Positions 9,261-19,950 of a stretch of 64,000 nucleotides of DNA are shown here, in pieces; the first letter of the stretch is position 1; each line of letters opens with the position of its first letter. The DNA is from Candidatus Thorarchaeota archaeon (GTDB taxonomy: Archaea > Asgardarchaeota > Thorarchaeia > Thorarchaeales > Thorarchaeaceae). The stretch spans positions 64,001 to 128,000 of the forward strand of contig SDNP01000002.1 of assembly GCA_004524445.1 (NCBI GenBank). Reading direction: 5' to 3'. The position numbers and the translations under genes are program-made. Under the pieces are notes generated by a model. The model did not search any database. It saw only the letters and a program-made list of their open reading frames with translations, and was not told the origin of the DNA.

Positions 9261-11240
9261 CTATCCAATAAGGTAGTGTTTCCTAGCAAAAGGAATGGCC
9301 AATATTAAACATGAGATAATCAGAGCAGAAGCAAGAGGTGTGACACCAATGCCGCTTGCAACGTTCGCATCGATTGGCGTTATGACGAGTGTGAATGACC
9401 CAACGGTGGAAGTAATCCCTGATTGCTCATTAATTTCATAGCTGAGATGGTACACCCCAGCTTCTAATGGAGTCACTAAACACAGATTTACAACACCATA
9501 CACAGATTTTGTGATTTGTTTCTCGGATGCTAACCACCAATATGCAAAATTGATGTCAATATTTCGAGTTCCATTTTGGGCAAATAGCAGAATTTCCACA
9601 TTTATGTATTTCATCATGCCTGATTGAGAATATGATTTCAGAAGAACAGTCAACGGTATAAGTTTGCTAATAGTAATCTTCGTTAAGAAGTTGCTCGGTA
9701 ATTCCATTCTTGACTCATTACCGGAATAGATGATTTTGACTAGGTACTTTCCTTCTTCTTTCGGTGCAGTAAATGATATTTGGCCTAATTGGAAGTTGGT
9801 AGTGAGCAACGTTTGATTTGCTGGTGCATCCAAGGGAGATATAATCAGACTTAGATTGCGTTGGATACTTTTTCCGTCAAAATTAGATATATTGACTAAA
9901 TAGACTACTTCTTGAAGTGGAGATGCATAGCCCATAGTATTGCTTTCTAACAATATGATATTCGGGCGAGACCAAACAGGAAGCAATGTAATCAACGAAT
10001 TGTTAAGGAGAAACTGATTGTCGGTTACATTCACAATGATTTCATGGATGCCCTTTGGTGGCATCATGAATAGATACCCAACAAATTTTCCACTACTAGG
10101 AATAAATATTGCATTGGCACTCTCTAATGTTGTTGTATCTTGCACACTAATATTGATGTCTCGGATGGTGCGGTTGAATATATCTCTAACTGAAATTCCA
10201 AAACTCAAGCTGGTATAAGTTTCAGCTATTGAAGCGTTAAAACTAGCCACAATATATGCTTGACCAAGAACGGATAACTGGACTGTTTTCGTGCATGGCT
10301 CATTCCGGATGCTTCCATTATAGCGAATCGTTAGTTGATGCATCCCTAAAGAAAAAGAGTCATCAATATCGATTTCAATTTCGCTCCAGCCAGTTTCATT
10401 TGTTAGTACTTGCATATACATGATTTCATCAATGAGAACTAGAATACACTCATTAGAGAGACCGCTGTCATTATCAGTTAGTAACACATCTGTTTTCCAA
10501 GTTGTATTGAGGTATGCATCTTCGTGAGCTGAAATATTGGCTGCAATTTCTGTGTCGATCTGACTCAAAATAATCTCTAATTCTTCCATTGCTTGGGAGT
10601 GATAATTTACACTGCTTCCTTCGTACCAGAAAATCAATGAGTTCTTACCAAGATATGCCCAACTACTATTTGTAATGATACTTGTGGACAGATATCCATC
10701 TGTATCTGATTGGAGTATACATAGGGTGTTACCATTAGCGATTACCGTTATATCTGCATTAGGAATCGCATTATTTGTGTCATCAGTCAAGTAGGCAGAA
10801 ATGAGAAGTTCGTCACCATATATCAAAGAAGTATTGGAGAGAGTTACCTCGAGGTTTGTAGATGAAACGATTAAGACCGGCATCCATTGGCAAGAGGGAT
10901 ATAGAGCAAGAGTTTCATTACCTCGATATGTGGCATTGAAAATAGTTTCTCCAAGAGGGTAGCCAAATGGTACATCCATGCAGAATGTAGCATATCCGCT
11001 TTTGTCTGTGTATTCGATTCCTAATAACCAGTCGTTGGTTTCGTCATGAAACTCCACTGGTTGGAATTCTACTGGATCACCGTAAGATCCGTTTTGTAGC
11101 ACCTGTGCTGTTAGTGTTAAATTCTGGCCCCGAGAAATGATAGGAACTTCTTCCGCCTCAACTGGAATCGGAGAAAAAATCATTAGAACTAATGCCGCGC
11201 CGATGAAGATCAAAGTGATGGTATTAGATCTATTCAACAC
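9261..11240 (-). CDS. Membrane-anchored Ig-like repeat surface protein
   Basis: Signal peptide, repeated TD/TNxxG and Y-x-G-N Big-like strands, C-terminal TM helix plus basic tail (ARKH). Confidence 0.8.
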   Translation of the reverse strand: MLNRSNTITLIFIGAALVLMIFSPIPVEAEEVPIISRGQNLTLTAQVLQNGSYGDPVEFQPVEFHDETNDWLLGIEYTDKSGYATFCMDVPFGYPLGETIFNATYRGNETLALYPSCQWMPVLIVSSTNLEVTLSNTSLIYGDELLISAYLTDDTNNAIPNADITVIANGNTLCILQSDTDGYLSTSIITNSSWAYLGKNSLIFWYEGSSVNYHSQAMEELEIILSQIDTEIAANISAHEDAYLNTTWKTDVLLTDNDSGLSNECILVLIDEIMYMQVLTNETGWSEIEIDIDDSFSLGMHQLTIRYNGSIRNEPCTKTVQLSVLGQAYIVASFNASIAETYTSLSFGISVRDIFNRTIRDINISVQDTTTLESANAIFIPSSGKFVGYLFMMPPKGIHEIIVNVTDNQFLLNNSLITLLPVWSRPNIILLESNTMGYASPLQEVVYLVNISNFDGKSIQRNLSLIISPLDAPANQTLLTTNFQLGQISFTAPKEEGKYLVKIIYSGNESRMELPSNFLTKITISKLIPLTVLLKSYSQSGMMKYINVEILLFAQNGTRNIDINFAYWWLASEKQITKSVYGVVNLCLVTPLEAGVYHLSYEINEQSGITSTVGSFTLVITPIDANVASGIGVTPLASALIISCLILAIPFARKHYLIG

Positions 11241-11476
11241 AGTCTACCTCTTTCAATGCTCGTTTTCTGAACACGTCCTATGTCGGCATGATTCGCATTC
11301 GGACCTTATCTGTTCAGCTATTGATTCATAATTTCTTTATTTCAGGAGTTTTTAATCTCCTATAGAATGAGAGATACTCAGGCGTTTTCAGTGGTGGTTA
11401 TTATGGGACATCATTAACACATGTTAGACGTGAACACAATTTAGTCAGCCTTTAGCAGGACAAGAAGAGAGAGGAG

Positions 11477-14400
11477 TTGGTGAATGTGATTGATGGAATA
11501 AATGAACACTTGCTTCGAGTATCGATTCGGTATACTAGATTGTTATGGTTCCTATCGAGCTTTCTTGCTGGCGTCTATCTTCTTTTGACTTATCTACTGC
11601 CAACCACAAATTTTGGTGCAACATTTCTAATACCAGCCAGGTATTTCATTGAGGTTTTTATTTTCTTGACACCTGTTGTGGGAGCCATTATAACAGCATC
11701 TAGACATTTCGTGAGTCTTACACCCGCCATCTTGATGACTGATGAGTTTCTTTGGTATGAGGTGGGTGATAGTCTTATCGGTGTTTCTTGCCTAGATATA
11801 TCAAATACGCATAGCTCGGTGGTGAATGGAGAGAATGGAACCACTGTCTATGATTCATCCTTCCTTCGAGCTTTAAGATCTGGATTGCAGAAAAATACTA
11901 GTCTTGCATTCGAAGCGGGAATAAATCAGAATGGGCCCTGTCTTCGCTTTTTTATAAGTACTTACTCGAAAAGTAGAGAAGATGCAAAGAGTGTTTTGAT
12001 GAGAGAAAGAATGAAACTGGAGGCTATTCTTCTGTCATCGATAAAGAACATCGAGTTTCATCCTCTTAGTGGCTCTGACCTAAGAGAAGCAATTGGAGTT
12101 TCTATCTTTCACGAAGGGAGTTTTTCTTCAGTTTTTGATTCGAAAACGAATCTCCTTGTCATTAAAGGCAATCCAAAGGTAGAAGCAACAGATACCTCTT
12201 CGCAAATTGGGGTTTTCTTATCCACTGCCATGAAGAAGAGGATATCGACGCGAATCACAACCGTTCTCTCAGTTGCGGATGGTAACTCAGAGAGAAAAAA
12301 AATGGAGCGATCTTGGGACAGGATAATGGAAAAGGAGAAGCGCAAGGAAGCAAGCTTGGAAGACTGGGCAACAAAAAAGAAACTTCTTAGTCGCTATCAC
12401 GAAACTGAGAACAAGAATGGATGGTTTGATTGTTCTACTTATGTCTTAGTAAAATCTGACAATGAGAATGAAGTCGTACCTAATACTGAGAGTGTATCGG
12501 GTATGATTCAGTCAATTTGGGGTGGAGATAACACATTTTCCATCAAACAAAAGAGGTTGAGTAGAAGGATTGAATCTCGTTTGATAACTAGGAGAGCTAT
12601 TGCCAACACACGACTACATGCAAATAGAGTTGCTGCCTATGTAAATACTCCAGTTCAATCGTTGCCCATGATGTCTAAGCATACAGCACCAACCTTCAAC
12701 ATTCCTTCCGTACAGGAGATTGATAATGAATTGACTCTTGGACACGCGATATATCAAGACAAGGAAGTCAGTTCAGTTGGTTTGAGTGCACAGATGTTGA
12801 GAGAGCATTTGGCGGTCCTTGGTGCAACTGGGACAGGAAAAACAACACTGGTTAAACGTCTAATAGCAGAACTAAGCATGAGAACAGATGTGCCTTGGTG
12901 GATTTTCGATGTTAAAGGAAATGAATATTCTGAATTCCAGAAGCTTGGTAATGTGATGGTTATAAGGCCAGGTCTCGATCCTACATTTTCAATTCCATTA
13001 GTGGACTCTTCCCATTCTTCCGAGTCTGTGCAGGGGCAGTCAACTTTTACCTTGCTAAGAGAACTCATCAGGGAGGAGGGATCTTCGGACTTGTCTCCAG
13101 CAATGGAGCAGTTGCTCTTCAAGGCAGTTAGTCGACTAGCCCATAGCAAAGGGGAAGGAATGGGTGCGGATTGTCTTGTTGATTTGGTCAAAAAAATGTC
13201 TGATGACAATAGAGTGGGGAAAATGATTAGAGATGCTCTATTGAATCGCTTAGAAATATTAACCAGAGAACCCCTTGGTGCTATTCTCTCAGGAGGAGAA
13301 AATCAAGTCAACATTACGGATCTTATGAAAAGAAGGGTTGTATTTGACCTGCGCTATGTTGCCAGGATTGGAGGAATGGACGCAGCGCGTTTGCTTTACA
13401 ATCTAGTAGCAAAGAGAATATTTGAGGCAGCAATGCACAGAGGCATATCTCCGAATTTGAATCACGTAGTTGTTTTGGAGGAGGCGAGCAATCTTGTTCC
13501 AGAGAGTTACACGAGATCTTCTGCGGCAGATATCTCAACAGGGGAGTCGATGGTCATGCTGCAAAGAGCTACAGGACAAGGTGTGATTGTTGTTTCAACT
13601 AGGCCGAATATATCCACTAACATCCTTGCCAATACTGCCACCAAAGTCGCGTTTAGATTACCATATGATAGTGAGGTGGGAGGCAGATTTTTATCAATCG
13701 ATCAAAATCAAGAACGATATCTGCGTATTCTCAAACGAGGTAGAGCTCTGATATCACTACCCGGACTTGAAGCTTTTGAAATGAGTTCAGATGTTTTTCG
13801 TTGGAGCGATTACTCGGATTTTATGTCGGAAAATAAATTGATTGGAAAGGATGAAACTAGTGTGATGTCAAGAGAGGGGATGGATATCGAGTCACAGATG
13901 GATACATCAGGTGCATCTGTTACCGGTTCTACAGAAGGTTCTTCTTCTAAGAACTTCAATCGGGCATCACAAATTAACAGTCAATTGGTTGCATTTATGG
14001 CATCAGAGAAGTTCGTCGTTGAAAGAGAAATTAGAGAATTCATTAGCATACTAAGCCCACAATCAACAGACTGTGAAATTGACGAGATGATATTTAGTTT
14101 GATTTCATTGGGCACTATTGTTAGGGAGGCAATTCCATTTGTCGATGGCGGTTTTGTGTATACATTGCCTGGAAAAGGTGAGCAAGCGGTATCAGAGGTT
14201 ATTTCGACGTATCTTTCAGATAGGTTAGGCTTAGAAAAGGAAGCAGTCCAAACAGACGATTTTGAGCTCATCATCGATGATATTGCTATTATAATCATTG
14301 GAGAACACATACGAGTTTCATCATTGAATGATACAGAAAATTACATCCGTTTGAAAATGGAGAAATTTGGAAATGGTGTAGAGAAGCTATATGTTATTGT

Positions 14401-15208
14401 AAGAGGAAGTGTGGCTGCCGCTAAACTTCGGGAGAAATTGGCTCAGACTGAGGAGTTTGATTCTGTCAGCGTTTTGTCAGCCTTCCCGAGTTCGCTGGAT
14501 CGAATGATTGCAGAAATTGGGGGAGAACGTTATTCTGTGTATGATGATGCTACTGAGAAGAATGCATCAGCTAAGGAAGAAGAAGTTGAATTGATCGAGG
14601 CGGTACATAAAAGGTGTAATACAGCTACCAGAGCAATTCAGATTCGAATTTGGATAGGACTGATTCAGGACTTTATTGATATTTCAAATGGTAAGTCAAC
14701 TTGGAGGTCGGTTTTGGAGTTTATTGAAACCACTGTATTGCAATCCAAACGAGCACGAACAGTGCCCTTGGATTCAGATGAAGGACGTCGAGCAGTTACT
14801 GAATTATTGGCAGATGAGGTTCTCACTGCTGTTAGAGTTGCAGAAAATGTGGACTTTCCTGGAATGGGGTCAGGACTGTGGATTGTAAATTCCAATGTTT
14901 TGATGAAACTGAAGGATTGGGTCTTGGAGCAATTAGTAACTTGTTTGAAAAGAGAAGGACATGAAATTTATAGAAATCATGAATACTACGATTTGTGTGC
15001 TAGCGACGCATCCTATGTGGTATTTCCAAATCAGCAGCAATTGAGTACCCTGTTGCATCTCCAATCTGAGGTGATATGTAGAAAATGTAAGTCCAAAAAA
15101 GTTGTATGCATATTGAGTGCTTCTGAATATATCGATGAGCGAGAAGATGCATCGGAGAACATAATTTTCAGATATCTGGACAGCCAGCAGATTAACCTTC
15201 TTCCTTAA
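11477..15208 (+). CDS. Membrane-anchored VirB4/HerA-like (DUF87) ATPase with long C-terminal extension
   Basis: Two N-terminal TM helices, EHLAVLGATGTGKTT, IFDVKGNEY, VVVLEEASNL, ILANTATKVAFRL, LKRGRALI. Confidence 0.85.
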   Translation: MVNVIDGINEHLLRVSIRYTRLLWFLSSFLAGVYLLLTYLLPTTNFGATFLIPARYFIEVFIFLTPVVGAIITASRHFVSLTPAILMTDEFLWYEVGDSLIGVSCLDISNTHSSVVNGENGTTVYDSSFLRALRSGLQKNTSLAFEAGINQNGPCLRFFISTYSKSREDAKSVLMRERMKLEAILLSSIKNIEFHPLSGSDLREAIGVSIFHEGSFSSVFDSKTNLLVIKGNPKVEATDTSSQIGVFLSTAMKKRISTRITTVLSVADGNSERKKMERSWDRIMEKEKRKEASLEDWATKKKLLSRYHETENKNGWFDCSTYVLVKSDNENEVVPNTESVSGMIQSIWGGDNTFSIKQKRLSRRIESRLITRRAIANTRLHANRVAAYVNTPVQSLPMMSKHTAPTFNIPSVQEIDNELTLGHAIYQDKEVSSVGLSAQMLREHLAVLGATGTGKTTLVKRLIAELSMRTDVPWWIFDVKGNEYSEFQKLGNVMVIRPGLDPTFSIPLVDSSHSSESVQGQSTFTLLRELIREEGSSDLSPAMEQLLFKAVSRLAHSKGEGMGADCLVDLVKKMSDDNRVGKMIRDALLNRLEILTREPLGAILSGGENQVNITDLMKRRVVFDLRYVARIGGMDAARLLYNLVAKRIFEAAMHRGISPNLNHVVVLEEASNLVPESYTRSSAADISTGESMVMLQRATGQGVIVVSTRPNISTNILANTATKVAFRLPYDSEVGGRFLSIDQNQERYLRILKRGRALISLPGLEAFEMSSDVFRWSDYSDFMSENKLIGKDETSVMSREGMDIESQMDTSGASVTGSTEGSSSKNFNRASQINSQLVAFMASEKFVVEREIREFISILSPQSTDCEIDEMIFSLISLGTIVREAIPFVDGGFVYTLPGKGEQAVSEVISTYLSDRLGLEKEAVQTDDFELIIDDIAIIIIGEHIRVSSLNDTENYIRLKMEKFGNGVEKLYVIVRGSVAAAKLREKLAQTEEFDSVSVLSAFPSSLDRMIAEIGGERYSVYDDATEKNASAKEEEVELIEAVHKRCNTATRAIQIRIWIGLIQDFIDISNGKSTWRSVLEFIETTVLQSKRARTVPLDSDEGRRAVTELLADEVLTAVRVAENVDFPGMGSGLWIVNSNVLMKLKDWVLEQLVTCLKREGHEIYRNHEYYDLCASDASYVVFPNQQQLSTLLHLQSEVICRKCKSKKVVCILSASEYIDEREDASENIIFRYLDSQQINLLP

Positions 15209-16008
15209 GTTACAATACGAGTTCCTATTGTGGGCTCTCCTAGGAGTATTCTTCTAAGACGTCCAGGAGCATTAAGATTGAAGATTATGATTTCGGTATT
15301 ATCATCTGCTAGAGTAAATAGTTCTTTCAGCTTTCTTTTCATCCCGCCTGTGACATCAATAGATTTTGAAGGGCCTGTGACGTTCAGAACAGGATTATCC
15401 TCTGATGCCTTTATTGTGGGAATGAGTTTAGCATCGGGGTTCCTGTTAGGATTATCATCTAGAACCCCATCAACATCCGTACCTAGAAGAACTGATTTGG
15501 CACCTAATTCTCTTGCAAGATGCACTGAAAGAGCATCACCGCTCAAAATTGCTGCACCTAGTTCGGCATCGAAACAAACATCTCCATGAGTTATGACTGT
15601 GATGCCAGCTTTGAGAGCACTTCTAAAAGATGAGAGATATATTGTTTCAATATAGCCATTACGAAGCTTTGTTATTGCGATTGGTGGAATTATAATGCAG
15701 GGAACTTGGTGTTCAGATAACGCTGCCTGAATTGCTGATGCTAAGAGATTCATGCTATAACGGATTTCAGGGATGCCATCCAGACGCTTTTTCCGTGGGG
15801 TTGAAAGATTTGCAAAGCCGTATTTTTTTGCGGGTTGGTGCCCATGAGCTCCCCCACCAAGTACCAATATGAGGGGGGTATCAGATATTAACAGTTCCTC
15901 ACAAATACGAATGATTGACTTACGATTTATTTCGGGAGGGGAACGTTCTTTGTGAGTGATGACTGACCCTCCGAGTTTGAGTATCACTAGGTTGTCCAAA
16001 GGCGTCAC
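15205..16008 (-). CDS. Isopentenyl phosphate kinase (amino-acid kinase family)
   Basis: ILKLGGSVITHK, GGGAHGH, HGDV, ILSGD, TDVDGV, DVTGGMKRK. Confidence 0.9.
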   Translation of the reverse strand: MTPLDNLVILKLGGSVITHKERSPPEINRKSIIRICEELLISDTPLILVLGGGAHGHQPAKKYGFANLSTPRKKRLDGIPEIRYSMNLLASAIQAALSEHQVPCIIIPPIAITKLRNGYIETIYLSSFRSALKAGITVITHGDVCFDAELGAAILSGDALSVHLARELGAKSVLLGTDVDGVLDDNPNRNPDAKLIPTIKASEDNPVLNVTGPSKSIDVTGGMKRKLKELFTLADDNTEIIIFNLNAPGRLRRILLGEPTIGTRIVT

Positions 16009-16145
16009 ATCTCAATTTGGTTCAAGATTACTTATCATCGTTTTGACTGGTCATCGGAATTAGTACACTCATACATAAGACAACCTTTTTATCCGAACCC
16101 TTTTTGGTTGGGTTTAACATCTCTGTAGATGGAGTGGTATCGTAT

Positions 16146-16457
16146 ATGACTCAGAGAGCAAGAATTCGTTTGTCAAGTACAAGTACAGAACATCTTGATG
16201 GCGTTTGTAATCAGATCAAGCGAATTACACGCAAAACAGGTGTTCGTATGTCAGGACCTATACCACTTCCAACTAGAAGAATGGTTGTTCCGACACGAAA
16301 GACACCTTGTGGTCAGGGATCTCATTCGTGGGATAAGTGGGAGATGCGAATACACAAGCGGCTAATTGATATTGATGCTGATGAAAGAGCAATTCGTCAG
16401 ATTATGCGGGTCAGAATTCCTGAATCTGTGTATATTGAGATTGAACTAACCGGTTGA
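16146..16457 (+). CDS. rps10: 30S ribosomal protein uS10
   Basis: [37 protein letters not shown]; start ATG 16146. Confidence 0.97.
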   Translation: MTQRARIRLSSTSTEHLDGVCNQIKRITRKTGVRMSGPIPLPTRRMVVPTRKTPCGQGSHSWDKWEMRIHKRLIDIDADERAIRQIMRVRIPESVYIEIELTG

Positions 16458-16541
16458 TACTGAAGTGTTAGTACACAAACTCTTTCTATGAAGAACACAA
16501 TGTAGAATCACTAGTGTGAAATCCATCCGGAGGAGTCACAG

Positions 16542-18365
16542 ATGTGTGGAATTATAGGTGCAATACAGAAAAAGGGTGAAGTGGCACCATTCATTCATCA
16601 AGCTCTGAAGAGACTGGAGTACAGAGGCTATGATTCTGTAGGCGTAACTACAATTGCAGACAATGAGCTTTATATGAAAAAGGACAAAGGAAAAATAGAC
16701 CAGGTTCATAAGAAACTTGACTTGGATGATTTGCCCGGATCGACCGGTATAGGTCATACTAGGTGGGCTACTCATGGTATTCCCTCTATGTTAAACTCTC
16801 ATCCTCATTTTGATTGTTCTAATGAGATTGCTGTTGTTCATAACGGGGTAATAGACAATTTCATGGAGCTGAGGCGAGAATTGAAGAAGAAGGGGCATCA
16901 ATTCGAGTCTGAAACTGATACTGAAGTCATCCCACATATGATTGAGGATTACATGAAAAACGGATATAGTCTAGAAGAGGCAGTGAAAGAGGTTGCCCTG
17001 ATTATTGAGGGAACATACGCTGTCGTGGCTATGTGTACAAAGGAGCCTGGAAAGATAGTCGTGACACGAGATGGCAATCCATTAGTGATTGGAAAGAAAG
17101 AGAATGCAGTCTACGTTTCATCGGATATTCCTGCTTTCCTCCCAATGACAGACAATATGGTACTACTACTCGATGGCGAGATAGCTGTGTTAACTGTAGA
17201 TGATATTGAAATTGAGAAACTGAGCGATGGAGAGAGGGTTGATAGGGATGCCATCAAAATCAGTTGGACCGCAGACCAAGCACAGAAGAGCGGTTATCCA
17301 CATTTTATGCTAAAGGAGATTCATGAGCAACCAGATGCTATTAGAAATACGTTGAGACTGCGAGATGAAGAAATCGAAAAGGCTGCGAAGATGATTGATA
17401 ATGCGGAGAGGGTTTTCCTGTTGGCTATGGGAACCTCTGGGCATGCAGCCCTCGCTGGCAGGCATATGTTTGCATCTCTTGGTGGTGTTCTGGCAACTTC
17501 TGAACTTGCAAGTGACTTTGCTGATACGGTTTATGATACTATTACCAAGAGTGATCTTGTTGTTGCGATAACACAATCTGGTGAAACAACCGATACTATC
17601 ACTGCCGTTAAATCTGCAAGACAACAGGGTGCAAAAGTCCTTGCAATCACAAATGTCGTGGGTAGCTCCATAACCCGTATAGCTGATCATACTTTGATAA
17701 CTCAGGCAGGCCCCGAGATAGGTGTAGCCGCCACCAAGACCTTCATGGTGCAACTCACTTCTCTTGCTCAGATAGCACTGAAGTTGGGTGAGATTTCTGG
17801 GAAACCTGGCACTGATGAATTAGAAAAGAAAAGGGAATCATTACATGGTCTTCCTGATATTGTTTCACGTGTGATAGCAACGGAGGAGGAACATGCTCGC
17901 CAGATTGCAGGATTGTTTTATGATAGCCCAAGTATGTTATTCCTTGGCAGAGGTATTTCGATGGCCACTGCTTTCGAGGGGGCCTTGAAGCTGAAAGAGA
18001 TTGCATACAATCATGCAGAAGGATATTCGGCGGGAGAGTCAAAGCATGGGCCTATCGCACTCGTACAAGATGGTTTTCCCGTATTTTTTGTTGCGCCCCG
18101 TGATGACACACGCTCTAGGATAATAGGCAATATTATGGAAATGAAGGCTCGTGGAGCTTCCATTATATCTGTGATTGAAGAGGGTGATGATGAGTTGTTG
18201 GAATTATCTGATCATTCATTTGCTATTCCGAAGGGCGTGGAGCCCGAATTCACAACTATGGCCTATGTAGTGCCCTTGCAGCTGGTTAGTTACTACATGG
18301 CGACCAGAAAAGGGTATGACCCTGATAAGCCCAGAAATTTGGCAAAGTCTGTTACAGTTCTTTGA
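16542..18365 (+). CDS. glmS: Glutamine--fructose-6-phosphate aminotransferase
   Basis: MCGIIG, LEYRGYDS, GHTRWATHG, SQ/TQSGET, KPRNLAKSVTV. Confidence 0.98.
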   Translation: MCGIIGAIQKKGEVAPFIHQALKRLEYRGYDSVGVTTIADNELYMKKDKGKIDQVHKKLDLDDLPGSTGIGHTRWATHGIPSMLNSHPHFDCSNEIAVVHNGVIDNFMELRRELKKKGHQFESETDTEVIPHMIEDYMKNGYSLEEAVKEVALIIEGTYAVVAMCTKEPGKIVVTRDGNPLVIGKKENAVYVSSDIPAFLPMTDNMVLLLDGEIAVLTVDDIEIEKLSDGERVDRDAIKISWTADQAQKSGYPHFMLKEIHEQPDAIRNTLRLRDEEIEKAAKMIDNAERVFLLAMGTSGHAALAGRHMFASLGGVLATSELASDFADTVYDTITKSDLVVAITQSGETTDTITAVKSARQQGAKVLAITNVVGSSITRIADHTLITQAGPEIGVAATKTFMVQLTSLAQIALKLGEISGKPGTDELEKKRESLHGLPDIVSRVIATEEEHARQIAGLFYDSPSMLFLGRGISMATAFEGALKLKEIAYNHAEGYSAGESKHGPIALVQDGFPVFFVAPRDDTRSRIIGNIMEMKARGASIISVIEEGDDELLELSDHSFAIPKGVEPEFTTMAYVVPLQLVSYYMATRKGYDPDKPRNLAKSVTVL

Positions 18366-18398
18366 GGGGCTTATATTGCGAAATATGGTATACTTTAT

Positions 18399-18659
18399 GT
18401 GTGGATAATGAATTGTTGGACCCTCTTAACACCATTAACAGAGTTCGCTTCATTGATTGCTACATATTTTGCGGAAATATGGCAATTTCTAGTATTCATC
18501 GCAAGAGTGTCAGCAGTGATTGTGGTTTTGTCAGGGGCGATTCTTTGGTTCACTGATGTTAATTCGAAGAGGGGCAAAAGTCTTGTATTCAGTGGTATTC
18601 TATTGGCAATAGTTGTGCAATACTTTGTTTTCTATCCCCCAACTTTTGCTCTTGGGTAA
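18399..18659 (+). CDS. Small two-TM membrane protein, VirB2/TrbC/CedA1-like
   Basis: Amphipathic helix, TM1 ending GAILWF, basic loop KRGK, TM2; architecture of conjugative-type pilins (inference). Confidence 0.5.
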   Translation: MWIMNCWTLLTPLTEFASLIATYFAEIWQFLVFIARVSAVIVVLSGAILWFTDVNSKRGKSLVFSGILLAIVVQYFVFYPPTFALG

Positions 18660-18679
18660 CTAGTTCCCACCGTATATTT

Positions 18680-19903
18680 CTATATCAGCTGAGAAGTAAT
18701 TAGATTTAGCTGTTTTGAAAGCTTGTGAATGTCGGATATGGTATTATAGCCATGGAGAGAAACCTGAACCACGCCAGTATTGGAATATTTTTTGACTAAA
18801 AGTGATGTGCACAATAGGCCTGATCTTACAGCTATGTTGCTTTGATTCAGGAAAAGCGCAATGTCATGGCAGCTCACACCGCTATCTTCACCAATGTTGA
18901 AAATCACTGATACGTTTTCATCAGTTGGATTCCCATATAGGTTAAGTGATGGGATTTCATTTAGAGACTCTACTAGGTACTGGGACAGATTTTTCATGTG
19001 TTTTCGAAGACCTTTGTTTCGAAGACCTTCAGTATAATTGATTGCTTCATTAATGGCAGCAATATTTGACAATGGCAAGATGCCCGATTCAAATCTATCT
19101 GGAGGTAGAGCTGTTTCAAATGAGGATTCTTCAACAATCGAAACGGAGTTGGCTCCAAGAATTCCAGGCTTGATTCCACTCGCCATTTCTTTTGAAGTCC
19201 ATTGAATTGTAGTTTCTGGTGGTGCCATCAGGCCTCTATTGCTTGAGAAGAATGCGACATCAGCAAGAGAAGGAAAAGATATGTCTTCGGAGAATGCAAT
19301 TTCTCTACTTGCTTCTGTAAGAAAGAGAGCGTCCGACTCATGTGTGATCTTAGATATAGACTTCAGGGGGTTGCGTCTGTCGGTTCCAGGCACCCATTCA
19401 GATACGGCTACGATTCCTGTTCTATTGTTTGTGATTCTGTCAAGTTCCTGGATATCTAGAACTCCGTTCTCATCCGTCTGGATGATGTGCACGTCAATAT
19501 TTAGAATCTCAGCTACTCGTCTTAAGGGAATCATAACCGAATTGTGTTCTGCCTCTGATACAATTATCGAGTCCTTTTTTCCTGATTCCCAATTATAACC
19601 TAGGGCTACTGACGTGATTGCTGATGGTAGACTTCCGTGAAATGATATTTGGTTGTTATTACTACCAAGCATAGAGGCCAGTTGTTTCCTAGCGTCTTCA
19701 GCTATCTGTCCACCCTTAGCTGCAAGCTGGTATGCGCCTCTTCTGGACGAAACAGTGATTTTGCGCAAAAATTCTGACGATGCAGTGATAACAGTTTCGG
19801 GAACCAGTGTTGTACTGGAAGAGTCAAGATATACCAATTCTGGATTAGCTTGGAATATCGGAAAGTCTTCTCGTATATCTAGTTCGGGCATAATCTTATT
19901 CAT
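18680..19903 (-). CDS. SufS/class V aminotransferase-like protein, apparently lacking the PLP lysine
   Basis: IREDFPIF, YLDSSSTT, EHNS, RFESG, IAVRSGLLC; SGHK motif replaced by SSNR. Confidence 0.85.
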   Translation of the reverse strand: MNKIMPELDIREDFPIFQANPELVYLDSSSTTLVPETVITASSEFLRKITVSSRRGAYQLAAKGGQIAEDARKQLASMLGSNNNQISFHGSLPSAITSVALGYNWESGKKDSIIVSEAEHNSVMIPLRRVAEILNIDVHIIQTDENGVLDIQELDRITNNRTGIVAVSEWVPGTDRRNPLKSISKITHESDALFLTEASREIAFSEDISFPSLADVAFFSSNRGLMAPPETTIQWTSKEMASGIKPGILGANSVSIVEESSFETALPPDRFESGILPLSNIAAINEAINYTEGLRNKGLRKHMKNLSQYLVESLNEIPSLNLYGNPTDENVSVIFNIGEDSGVSCHDIALFLNQSNIAVRSGLLCTSLLVKKYSNTGVVQVSLHGYNTISDIHKLSKQLNLITSQLI

Positions 19904-19950
19904 TACCGGGCTGTCTTAACTCTGATGATTTAGCTTGGAGTTAGAGATGA

